The position numbers and the translations under genes were made by a program. From Mucisphaera calidilacus (GTDB lineage Bacteria > Planctomycetota > Phycisphaerae > Phycisphaerales > Phycisphaeraceae): a stretch of DNA of 32,000 nt. Below the pieces are notes generated by a model. It had not been told where the DNA came from and made no database searches. It saw only the letters and a list, made by a program, of their open reading frames with translations. How positions within the stretch are numbered: position 1 is the first letter of the stretch; each line of letters begins with the position of its first letter. Shown in pieces: positions 1-8,615 of the stretch. The DNA lies in NCBI RefSeq assembly GCF_007748075.1, contig NZ_CP036280.1, positions 2,370,001 through 2,402,000 on the forward strand. The letters are read 5' to 3'.

Positions 1-588
1 CGCTGGGACGAACTCGGCTTCAACGAAAACGACTACCTCGGGCCCGTCGGCGGATCGGCCTACGGCGAAAAAGACCTCGACACCCTCACCCGACGCTGGG
101 CACGCCCCAGCTGCGACATCAACGGCCTCGACGCCGGCTACACCGGCGAGGGCGCCAAGACCGTCCTCCCCGCCGTCGCACGAGCCAAGGTCAGCTTCCG
201 CATCCCCGCCAGCATGAACCCCGACAAGGTCGCCCGGCAGTTCGACGACTGGCTCCGCGCCTGCGACACCGGCCCCTGCACCTGGGAACGCATCGACTGC
301 CTGAGCAAGGCCGCCTCCGTCGCCACACCCACCGACTCCCCGCACATCCAGGCCGTCTCCCGCGCCGTCGTCACCACCACCGGCAACCCGCCCGCCATGG
401 TCCGCGAGGGCGCTACGATCCCCGTCGTCGCCGAGTTCAAGACACAACTCGGACTCGACAGCATCCTCCTCGGATTCGGCCTCGAAACCGACGCCATCCA
501 CTCCCCCAACGAGCACTTCGGCATCGAACGCTTCCGACTCGGCTGCAAGACCCACGCCGCCCTGCTCGCCGAGATCGCGGCCGGCTGA
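1..588 (+). CDS. M20 family metallopeptidase (dipeptidase-like), C-terminal part; the 5' end lies outside the window
   Basis: Frame 1 is open from base 1, so the listed ATG at 214 is internal. The translation RWDELGF...TRRWARPSCDINGLDAGYTGEGAKTVLPAVARAKVSFRIP...REGATIPVV...HSPNEHF resembles the dimerisation and C-terminal lobe of M20 (CNDP/DapE/ArgE-type) peptidases. Third codon positions are strongly C-rich, as in other plus-strand genes here. Confidence 0.8.
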   Translation, partial: RWDELGFNENDYLGPVGGSAYGEKDLDTLTRRWARPSCDINGLDAGYTGEGAKTVLPAVARAKVSFRIPASMNPDKVARQFDDWLRACDTGPCTWERIDCLSKAASVATPTDSPHIQAVSRAVVTTTGNPPAMVREGATIPVVAEFKTQLGLDSILLGFGLETDAIHSPNEHFGIERFRLGCKTHAALLAEIAAG

Positions 589-592
589 CCGC

Positions 593-1396
593 TCAGCCGC
601 CCGCCGCCGCCTTATCCATGAACCACGTCATCGTGCCCGGCTCCCCGTCGAGACCGGCCGGCACGAAACGCTGCGGGTCCACGCCCGTGATCGGCAGCAA
701 CACCCGGTCCACCTCGCCCGTCGCGAGCTGATCCGAGATCCTGCGGATCGTCGCCGCCTTGCCCCCGCCCACAACCAGAGGCATCACCTCACGCGCCGCA
801 TTGATCAGCGGGTACGTCATCGTCACGCGGTCCGGAGGCGTCACGCTCGGCCCCGCGTTCACCACGATCCAGCGGTCCGCGACGCCGATCGCGTCACTCT
901 CGGGAAAAAGCGACGCCGTGTGCGCATCCCCGCCCATCCCCAGCAGCACCACGTCCATCCGCGGGATCGAGCCCACGCCCGGACCGCCCGCCAGCTCGAA
1001 CACCTCAGCCAGCTCCGCCTCATACGCCTCCGCCGGATCACGGTCCATCACCGGCATCGGGTGCTTCTGACGCGCCGACATCGGCACGTGATCGGCCAAA
1101 CACTCGCGGATCATCTTCCAGTTGCTCTTGTCGTCCGTCGGCGGCACCCGACGCTCGTCCACGATCCACAGGTGCGTCTGCTGCCACGGGATGCCCCGAA
1201 AAAGCGGGTCCACCATCAGACGCATGTAGAACGGCTCAGGCGTCCCACCGCCCGACAACGCCAGATGAAACGCGCCACGCTCGTCCACCGCGCGGAAGGC
1301 CGACGCCATCAACGCACGGCCCATGTGCTCGAAAAGCTCCTCGGTATCCGGCGCGATACAGACCCCGCCGGGCAGGTGCAGCTCGGTTGCCGCCAT
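593..1396 (-). CDS. pgl: 6-phosphogluconolactonase
   Basis: 267 aa. The motifs FHLALSGGGTPEPFY and VLLGMGGDAHTASLFP are typical of Pgl/DevB. It starts 23 nt after the zwf stop on the same strand. Confidence 0.9.
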   Translation of the reverse strand: MAATELHLPGGVCIAPDTEELFEHMGRALMASAFRAVDERGAFHLALSGGGTPEPFYMRLMVDPLFRGIPWQQTHLWIVDERRVPPTDDKSNWKMIRECLADHVPMSARQKHPMPVMDRDPAEAYEAELAEVFELAGGPGVGSIPRMDVVLLGMGGDAHTASLFPESDAIGVADRWIVVNAGPSVTPPDRVTMTYPLINAAREVMPLVVGGGKAATIRRISDQLATGEVDRVLLPITGVDPQRFVPAGLDGEPGTMTWFMDKAAAGG

Positions 1397-1419
1397 CTCA
1401 CGATCTCCACTGATGAAAA

Positions 1420-2943
1420 CTAGAAATTGTGCCAGTAACGGCCGTCACGCGCCATCATGATGTCCGACGCCGACGGGCCCCACGTCCCCGCGTTGTAGTT
1501 CGGCAGGTCGTCTTGCGGGTTGTTGTGCCAGTAATCGATCACCGGCTGCACCGCGTCCCACGCACACTCGATCTCGTCACGGTGCTTGAACAGCGTCTGG
1601 TCGCCACGGATGCAGTCGTGCAGCAGCGTCGCGTAACCGTCCGGCGGCGAGGCCTCCCACTGCTTCACGTAATCAAAATCCATCACCACGTCCTTGATCT
1701 GCATCCCCGGGCCCGGAACCTTGCCCTCAAACCGCAGACGGATCCCCTCGTCCGGCTGGATCGAGATCAGGATCTGGTTCGCCTTGAGCTTCTGCGCCTG
1801 CTCGCGGAACAGCACGTGAGGCGTCGGCTTGAGATAGACCACGATCTCCGTCTTCTTCTCCGCCATCGCCTTGCCCGAACGCAGATAGAACGGCACGCTC
1901 CCCCACCGCCACGTGTCCACCTTCAGCTTCATCGCCGCGAACGTGTCCGTCTGGCTATCCGCCGCCACACCATCCTCGTCACGGTACGCAGGCACCGACA
2001 CCCCGCTGACCGCGCCCGCGCCGTACTGACCACGCACCGCGATCTCCGGCACCTCAGACGCCGTCGGCACACGCAGCGCCTTGAAGATCTTGATCTTCTC
2101 CGTCCGGATGTCGTCCGCAGCCAGACTCACAGGCGGCTCCATCGCCACGATCGACAACACCTGCAGCAGGTGGCTCTGCACCATGTCACGCATCGCACCA
2201 CCCGCCGGCGAGTCGTAATACGACCCCCGCCCCTCCACGCCCACCGTCTCACTCGCCGTGATCTGAACGTGATCGACGTAACGCTGGTTCCAGATCGGCT
2301 CGAACAGCGAGTTGGCAAAACGCAGAACCATCATGTTCTGCACCAGCTCCTTGCCCAGGTAGTGATCGATGCGGTAGATCGCCGACTCGTCGAACACCTC
2401 CGCCAACACCTGGTTCAGCTTCACCGCCGACCCCGGATCGCTGCCGAACGGCTTCTCGATCACGATCCGCTGCCACGGCCGCTCAGGCGTCAGCGAGCAG
2501 TACCGACGCCCCTCCGTGACCAGTCCCGACTGGCCGATGTGACGGATCACCGGCTCGAAGAACTGCGGCGCCAGCGACAGATAAAACAGAACGTTGTCGC
2601 CCGTCTTGTACTGCTGACTCAACCCGCACAGCCGACGCTCGATCTCCGGCCACGCCTCCGCCTTCGTCGAGTCTGCAGACAGGTAATGCACCCGCTGCGA
2701 AAACTCCGCCCACTTCGACGCGTCCTCGTCGTACGCCGACGGGTTGAAGTCATAAAGAAGCTCACGATACGCCTCGTCGCCGTAGTCGCTCCGCGCGATG
2801 CCCACCACCGCGAACGACTCGGGCAGCGTCCCGTTCCGCCACAGCGCATACAGCGCCGGGATCAGCTTGCGCTTGGTCAGATCCCCGGAGGCCCCGAAGA
2901 TCACGAGCAGACAGTTCTGGTTCGTCGGCGTAGGCATGCCCAT
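1420..2943 (-). CDS. zwf: Glucose-6-phosphate 1-dehydrogenase
   Basis: 507 aa. It has the N-terminal NADP-binding motif IFGASGDLTKRKLIPALY and the active-site motif RIDHYLGKE, and is G6PD-like over its full length. Confidence 0.95.
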   Translation of the reverse strand: MGMPTPTNQNCLLVIFGASGDLTKRKLIPALYALWRNGTLPESFAVVGIARSDYGDEAYRELLYDFNPSAYDEDASKWAEFSQRVHYLSADSTKAEAWPEIERRLCGLSQQYKTGDNVLFYLSLAPQFFEPVIRHIGQSGLVTEGRRYCSLTPERPWQRIVIEKPFGSDPGSAVKLNQVLAEVFDESAIYRIDHYLGKELVQNMMVLRFANSLFEPIWNQRYVDHVQITASETVGVEGRGSYYDSPAGGAMRDMVQSHLLQVLSIVAMEPPVSLAADDIRTEKIKIFKALRVPTASEVPEIAVRGQYGAGAVSGVSVPAYRDEDGVAADSQTDTFAAMKLKVDTWRWGSVPFYLRSGKAMAEKKTEIVVYLKPTPHVLFREQAQKLKANQILISIQPDEGIRLRFEGKVPGPGMQIKDVVMDFDYVKQWEASPPDGYATLLHDCIRGDQTLFKHRDEIECAWDAVQPVIDYWHNNPQDDLPNYNAGTWGPSASDIMMARDGRYWHNF

Positions 2944-2972
2944 GACTATAGATCAACCGCCCTTCAAGGTCG

Positions 2973-4931
2973 TTACGAGGCCCGACGCTGATCGCCACGC
3001 AGCACACGCACACGCACCAGCATCAGGTCGGAAGGATTCACGCCCTCGATCCGTGACGCCTGACCCAGCGTCGCCGGCCGAAAACGATTCAACGCCAACG
3101 CCGCCTCCGTACGCAAGCCCGACACCGTCGCGTAGTCCAGGTCCGTCGGCAACGCCGTCGTCTCGTGCTCACGCAGACGTTCCACCTCACGCCGCTGACG
3201 CTCGATGTACCCGCGGTAACGCTCGTCCGCGATCAGCGAACGCAACACCGAACCGTGCGCCGCCAACGCGTCACCCGAACCCGCCGCCACCACCGCCGCA
3301 ACACGATCCTCCGCCGCGTCCGGCCGCCGCAGCCACTGACCCAGCCCCACGCCATCCACCGTCGCCGAAGCCAGCACCCGCCGCGCCGCCAGCGAAGCCG
3401 CCTCGCGACGCCGATACAACGCGCTGTGCGCCTCATCCAGCAGACCCCACCCGTGCGCACGCCCCGCCAGCCGGTCCCACGCGTTGTCCGCACGCAGCAG
3501 CAACCGGTGCTCCGCACGCGACGTGAACATCCGGTACGGCTCGCGCGGGATCTTCGTCACCAGGTCGTCCATCAGCACGCCGATGTACGCCTCCTCACGA
3601 CCGAAACGCACGAAGTCCTCGCCACGGAGCCAACGCACCGCATTCAACCCCGCCAGCAACCCCTGCCCCGCCGCCTCCTCATAACCCGACGTCCCGTTGA
3701 TCTGACCCGCCAGAAACAGCCCCGGCAGACGCTTGGTCATCGTCGTCGCGTCGATCTGGTGAGGCGGAACCATGTCGTACTCCACCGCATACCCGTAACG
3801 CAGAATCTCCGCACGCTCACAGCCCGGCATCCCGCGCACCACACGCTCCTGAACGTCGCCGGGCAGCGACGTCGAGATCCCGTTGCAGTAAATCTCGTCC
3901 GTCTCCAGCGACTCCGGCTCCAGGAACACGTGATGGGCCTCGCGGTCCGCGAACCGAACCACCTTGTCCTCGATCGACGGGCAATAACGAGGCCCCGCCG
4001 TCTCGATCTGACCGTTGTACATCGGAGCACGCTCGAGATTCGCACGGATCACGTTGTGCACCGCCCGACTCGTCCGCGTGATCCAGCAGTCACGCTGCTC
4101 CAGCACCGGGAACCGCTCCGCCACGCGCCCGTAAGCCGCCTGATCCGCCAGCCCGAACTCGCCCGCCAGCGGGTGCGCCGACAGGTCCGAAAACGCCTCC
4201 GGCTCATCGTCGCCCGGCTGACGCTCAAGCGACGCGAAATCAATCGTCCCCGCCTTCAGCCGAGGCGGCGTCCCCGTCTTGAGCCGCGCCAACTCAAAAC
4301 CCAACCCCGCCAGCGATGCCGAGATCCCCACCGCCGGCTTCTCACCGACACGACCGCCCTCCTCGGTCCGCTCACCCGTGTGCATCAGCCCACGCATGAA
4401 CGTCCCGGTCGTCAGCACCACCGCCCCGCCACGAAGCCCAACCACACCCTCCGCCGTCCGAACGCCCACACCCGCACACCGGCCGCCCTCCACCACAAGG
4501 TCCTCAACCGCGCCGGTCACCACCGTCAGGTTCTCACGCGTTCCCAGCAGCCGCTGCACCTCCCGCGCGTAAGCGTACTTGTCGCTCTGGCAACGCGGCC
4601 CCCGAACCGCGGGCCCCTTCGACCGATTCAACACCCGAAACTGAATCCCCGTCGCGTCCGCCGCCAGAGGCATCAGCCCGCCCAGAGCATCCAGCTCCCG
4701 CACAATCTGACCCTTCGCCAGCCCGCCGATCGCCGGGTTGCACGACATCACCCCCGTCTTGCCCGGATCGATCGTCACCAGCGCGACCCGCCCCGCACGC
4801 CCGCCCGAATCCAGCCACACCTCACGCAGCAGGTTGCACGACGCCCACGCGGCCTCCGCGCCGGCGTGCCCGCCGCCGATCACAATCACATCAAAGCTCG
4901 CGGCATCCACCGTAGCCATCATCATCAACAC
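2973..4931 (-). CDS. mnmG: tRNA uridine 5-carboxymethylaminomethyl modification enzyme MnmG (GidA)
   Basis: 652 aa. It has the FAD motif FDVIVIGGGHAGAEAA and is GidA-like over its full length (GLFLAGQINGTSGYEEAA). The start is ambiguous: GTG at 4931, or ATG at 4925, 4922 or 4919. Confidence 0.93.
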   Translation of the reverse strand: MLMMMATVDAASFDVIVIGGGHAGAEAAWASCNLLREVWLDSGGRAGRVALVTIDPGKTGVMSCNPAIGGLAKGQIVRELDALGGLMPLAADATGIQFRVLNRSKGPAVRGPRCQSDKYAYAREVQRLLGTRENLTVVTGAVEDLVVEGGRCAGVGVRTAEGVVGLRGGAVVLTTGTFMRGLMHTGERTEEGGRVGEKPAVGISASLAGLGFELARLKTGTPPRLKAGTIDFASLERQPGDDEPEAFSDLSAHPLAGEFGLADQAAYGRVAERFPVLEQRDCWITRTSRAVHNVIRANLERAPMYNGQIETAGPRYCPSIEDKVVRFADREAHHVFLEPESLETDEIYCNGISTSLPGDVQERVVRGMPGCERAEILRYGYAVEYDMVPPHQIDATTMTKRLPGLFLAGQINGTSGYEEAAGQGLLAGLNAVRWLRGEDFVRFGREEAYIGVLMDDLVTKIPREPYRMFTSRAEHRLLLRADNAWDRLAGRAHGWGLLDEAHSALYRRREAASLAARRVLASATVDGVGLGQWLRRPDAAEDRVAAVVAAGSGDALAAHGSVLRSLIADERYRGYIERQRREVERLREHETTALPTDLDYATVSGLRTEAALALNRFRPATLGQASRIEGVNPSDLMLVRVRVLRGDQRRAS

Positions 4932-4967
4932 TTCGTTGAGCCCAGGATCGATCAGGAAGCCCGAAAA

Positions 4968-5993
4968 TCAGGCCTCGACCGTGAACGTCTCACCCGCGTG
5001 CAGCAGGTCGCGAAGGTTCGCGTCCGGCCGACGCTCCCGCGCCTCGGCCACCTGGCCCGCGACCAGCTCCTCGTAACGTGGCTTCTCCGCAGCATAGATC
5101 ACGCCCACCGGTTCGGGAAACTCCGGATGTCGCAGCCGGCTCAGCAAAAACGCCAGGCAGTGATCCGACGGATCGTGCACCAGCAGATCCGCCTCGCTCA
5201 CGCCGTCGCCCAGTTGCACCACCTCGGGCTTGAGGTCCGTCAGCCGGATGCCCTTGTCGCGGTCCTTGCCGAAGATCATCGGCTGCCCCGCCTCCAGACG
5301 CAGCACGTGATCCTCCTTCTCGAACCCGCGCCGGCCCGTCGCGTACGCAAACGCCTCGTGGTTGAACACGTTGCAGTCCTGGTAGATCTCCACCAGCGAC
5401 GTGCCCGGATGCTTCGCCGCCGTCTCCAGCACGTCCGTCAGGCTCTTGTCCACGTCCACCGACCGCGCCACGAACGACGCCTCCGCCGCCACCGCGATCG
5501 ACAGTGGCGACAACGGCGGGTCGATCGAGCCCATCGGCGTCGAGGGCGTCTTCTTGCCCTGCTCCGACGTCGGCGAGTACTGACCCTTCGTCAACCCGTA
5601 AATCCGGTTGTTGAACAGCATGATGTTCAGACCGACGTTCCGACGCAGCGCGTGCATCAGGTGATTCCCGCCGATCGACAACCCGTCGCCGTCTCCCGTC
5701 ACCAGCCAGACGTCCAGCTCCGGGTTCGCGATCTTCACCCCCGTCGCCACCGCCGCACCACGACCGTGAATCGTGTGGAACCCGTACGTCCCCATGTAAT
5801 AAGGGAAACGCGACGAACAACCGATGCCCGCCACGAACACCGTGTTCTCACGCCGGGAACCCAGGTTCGCCAGCACCTTCTGCGTCTGCTTCAGAATCGC
5901 GTAGTCGCCGCACCCCGGGCACCAGCGCACGTCCTGATCCGACGCGAAATCCTTCGGCTTCAAAACGGCAAGTGGCGTGTTCTGTGAAATCAT
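4968..5993 (-). CDS. korB: 2-oxoglutarate/2-oxoacid:ferredoxin oxidoreductase, beta subunit (TPP-binding)
   Basis: 341 aa. It has WCPGCGDYAIL near the N-terminus and a TPP-binding stretch VTGDGDGLSIGGNHLMHALRRN. An ATG start lies 30 nt after the korA stop, preceded by an AGAGGG Shine-Dalgarno-like sequence. Confidence 0.9.
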   Translation of the reverse strand: MISQNTPLAVLKPKDFASDQDVRWCPGCGDYAILKQTQKVLANLGSRRENTVFVAGIGCSSRFPYYMGTYGFHTIHGRGAAVATGVKIANPELDVWLVTGDGDGLSIGGNHLMHALRRNVGLNIMLFNNRIYGLTKGQYSPTSEQGKKTPSTPMGSIDPPLSPLSIAVAAEASFVARSVDVDKSLTDVLETAAKHPGTSLVEIYQDCNVFNHEAFAYATGRRGFEKEDHVLRLEAGQPMIFGKDRDKGIRLTDLKPEVVQLGDGVSEADLLVHDPSDHCLAFLLSRLRHPEFPEPVGVIYAAEKPRYEELVAGQVAEARERRPDANLRDLLHAGETFTVEA

Positions 5994-6023
5994 GCTTGTG
6001 ACCCTCTGTTCGTCGTCTCAGTC

Positions 6024-7967
6024 TCAGTTTGTCCACGGCCGGGGAAGCACCAGCTCGCCGTTGCGCGGCATCAACGCCTCCGCATCACCCCACGTCCCGT
6101 CCAGCATCCGATCGATCGCCATCGAGATCTCCTCAACCAGGAACGGACGCCCCTGCACCTTGTTCAGACCCCGCGCATCGACCAAAAACTTCGCACGCAG
6201 CATCGACCGCAGCTGCCCCATGTTGATCTCCGGGATCAGCACCCGCGGGAAACGCTTGAGCACCTCGCCGAGATTCATCGGCATCGGGTTGAGATAACGC
6301 AGATGCGCCCCCGCCACCTTCAGACCACGCTCCCGCGCACGCTCCACCGCCGTGTAGATCGACCCGCACGGGCCGCCCCAGCCCAGCACCAGCAACTCCG
6401 CGTCCGCGTCGCCGTAAGGCTCGATCGCCGGGACCTGCTCGGCGACCTTGTCGATCTTCTGCTGACGCAGCAGCGTCATCAGCTGGTGGTTCTCCGGGTC
6501 GTACGACACGTTCCCCGTTACGTGCTCCTTCTCCAGACCGCCGATCCGGTGCTCGAAGCCCGCCATCCCGGGCGACGCCCACGGACGCACACCCTTCTCA
6601 TCACGAGCGTAAGGCTCAAACGACGAAGCATCGCCCGCTTCCGGCAACTCGATCGGCTCCAGCTTCTCCACGTCCGGGATCGCCCACGGCTCCGCACCGT
6701 TGGCCAGGTACCCGTCTGTCAGAATCACCACGGGCGTCATGTGCTGCATCGCGATCCGAGCCGCCTCAATCCCGATCTCGAAACAGTCCCCAGGCGACGA
6801 GGGCGCCAGCACCACCACCGGCGAGTCCGAGTTCCGCCCGTACATCGCCTGCAGAAGATCAGCCTGCTCCGTCTTCGTCGGCAGACCCGTCGAAGGCCCC
6901 CCGCGCTGAACGTTCACCACGATCAACGGCAACTCGGTGATCACCGCCAGACCCATCGCCTCGCCCTTGAGCGCGAGACCCGGACCCGACGTCCCCGTCA
7001 CACCGATCTGGCCAGCGTACGAGGCGCCGATCGCCGCACAGCACGCCGCGATCTCGTCCTCCGCCTGAAACGTCTTCACCCCGAACTGCTTCTGCGCCGA
7101 CAACGCGTGCAGGATCGTGCTCGCCGGCGTGATCGGGTACGAGCAGTACACCAGGTCCTTGCCCGACAGCTCCGACGCCGCGATCAAGCCCATCGCCAAA
7201 GCGTCATTCCCCGTCACCTTCCGGTACACGCCCGGCGCGATCTCCGCCTTGTCGATCGCGTAACGCGTCGAGAAAATCTCCGCCGTCTCGCCGAAGTAAT
7301 ACCCCGCCTTCAACGCCTTGATGTTCGCCTCGGCGACCTCCGGACGCTTCTTCTTCTTCGTGAAGTAGTTCTCGATGAACGTGACCGTCGTCTCCAGCGG
7401 ACGACCGTACAACCAGTAAACAATCCCCAACGCGTACATGTTCCGGCAGCGCCCCGCGTCCTTCGCGCCCAGCCCCGTCTCCGCCAGCGCCTCGCTGTTC
7501 AATCGGCTGATCGGCACACGCAGCAACTGATAGCTGCTGTTGAGCACCTCGTCATCCAGCGGGTTGTAACCCTCCGCGTACTTCGCCTTCTTCAGATTCA
7601 CCTTCGTGAACTCGGTCTCGTTCACAATCACCAGACCGCCCGGCTCAACGTCAACGATGTGCGCCTTGAGCGCCGCCGGGTTCATCGCGATCAACGCGTT
7701 CACACGGTCGCCCGGCGTGTGAATGTCCTCCGATGCAAAATTGATCTGAAAACCCGAAACACCCGCCACCGTACCCGCGGGAGCGCGGATCTCCGCGGGG
7801 AAATCGGGCAGCGTCGCCACGTCGTTGCCGAACAACGCCGACGTGTCCGTGAACTGCGTCCCGGCCATCTGCATGCCGTCGCCAGAATCGCCCGCAAACC
7901 GAATCACCGCCGACGTCAATCGCTTCGCCGGCTTCTGCGCTACCGACACACCGTCACCTGAACTCAT
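6024..7967 (-). CDS. korA: 2-oxoglutarate/2-oxoacid:ferredoxin oxidoreductase, alpha subunit (long, fused gamma+alpha type)
   Basis: 647 aa. It resembles the long KorA of two-subunit OGOR/OFOR enzymes (IRFAGDSGDGMQ..., ...YPITPAS..., GGPSTGLPTKTEQADL) and is followed directly by korB. Confidence 0.9.
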   Translation of the reverse strand: MSSGDGVSVAQKPAKRLTSAVIRFAGDSGDGMQMAGTQFTDTSALFGNDVATLPDFPAEIRAPAGTVAGVSGFQINFASEDIHTPGDRVNALIAMNPAALKAHIVDVEPGGLVIVNETEFTKVNLKKAKYAEGYNPLDDEVLNSSYQLLRVPISRLNSEALAETGLGAKDAGRCRNMYALGIVYWLYGRPLETTVTFIENYFTKKKKRPEVAEANIKALKAGYYFGETAEIFSTRYAIDKAEIAPGVYRKVTGNDALAMGLIAASELSGKDLVYCSYPITPASTILHALSAQKQFGVKTFQAEDEIAACCAAIGASYAGQIGVTGTSGPGLALKGEAMGLAVITELPLIVVNVQRGGPSTGLPTKTEQADLLQAMYGRNSDSPVVVLAPSSPGDCFEIGIEAARIAMQHMTPVVILTDGYLANGAEPWAIPDVEKLEPIELPEAGDASSFEPYARDEKGVRPWASPGMAGFEHRIGGLEKEHVTGNVSYDPENHQLMTLLRQQKIDKVAEQVPAIEPYGDADAELLVLGWGGPCGSIYTAVERARERGLKVAGAHLRYLNPMPMNLGEVLKRFPRVLIPEINMGQLRSMLRAKFLVDARGLNKVQGRPFLVEEISMAIDRMLDGTWGDAEALMPRNGELVLPRPWTN

Positions 7968-8119
7968 CGCTGGGAAACTCCCGCCCCTGCTGGGGATACC
8001 GAGTTGTGAATACCGAACAGCCCTGCTCAGTAAAGATTCACGCCATCATAGTCTTCTGCAAGAAAAACGCACGACAAGTCCCCACCATACAGATCAGATA
8101 AAGAGTCCCGGGTCTTCTC

Positions 8120-8524
8120 TTAAAGGCTTGGCGTCCGCCCGCCCAGCATCATCCCCAGCCAGACACCCAGAACCCCCAGAATGACGTGCGCCAGAACGTG
8201 CACCGCCATCATCCCGTACCGGTGATTCACCCCGAAACCCAGCGCCTCGAACCCGAACGTCGAGAACGTCGTGAAGGACCCCAGAAAACCCACCAGCACC
8301 ACGTACCGAACCCCCTCCGCGCCCGGCCAACGCGACTCGGTCAACGCCCAGACCAGCCCGAACGCAAAACAACCCGCCACGTTCGCCACCAGCGTCCCCC
8401 ACACCCAACCGGGTGCCCCCCATCCCCGCAATCCCCACGCGCACAACGCGTTCACCCCGTAACGCGACACCGCACCCAGCCCCCCCGCCAAACCGATCAG
8501 ACCCAGCTTCAGCAACTCGCTCAC
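8120..8524 (-). CDS. crcB: Fluoride ion channel CrcB/FluC
   Basis: 134 aa with four hydrophobic segments. It has the N-terminal GGLGAVSRY motif and GFLGSFTTFSTF, typical of CrcB. The start is GTG. Confidence 0.9.
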   Translation of the reverse strand: MSELLKLGLIGLAGGLGAVSRYGVNALCAWGLRGWGAPGWVWGTLVANVAGCFAFGLVWALTESRWPGAEGVRYVVLVGFLGSFTTFSTFGFEALGFGVNHRYGMMAVHVLAHVILGVLGVWLGMMLGGRTPSL

Positions 8525-8615
8525 GCGACGACCGCCTTCCCGCCGCCGAAATCATCTCACGCGGCTATAGTCTGGGACTCTAACAAGTCACCCGGAAATA
8601 CAGTCAGCCACAGCA

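Noticed and set aside
8525-8615. Expected fluoride (crcB-motif) riboswitch upstream of crcB.
   Set aside because: The minus-strand leader reads GAGTCCCAGACTATAGCCGCGTGAGATGATTTCGGCGGCGGGAAGGCGGTCGTCGC. It does not contain the conserved GGCGAUGGxGUUCGCC...AAACGC...GCUxAUGAxxCCUAC arrangement. Only a vague GAUGAUU resemblance exists. A covariance-model scan (Rfam RF01734) would be decisive.
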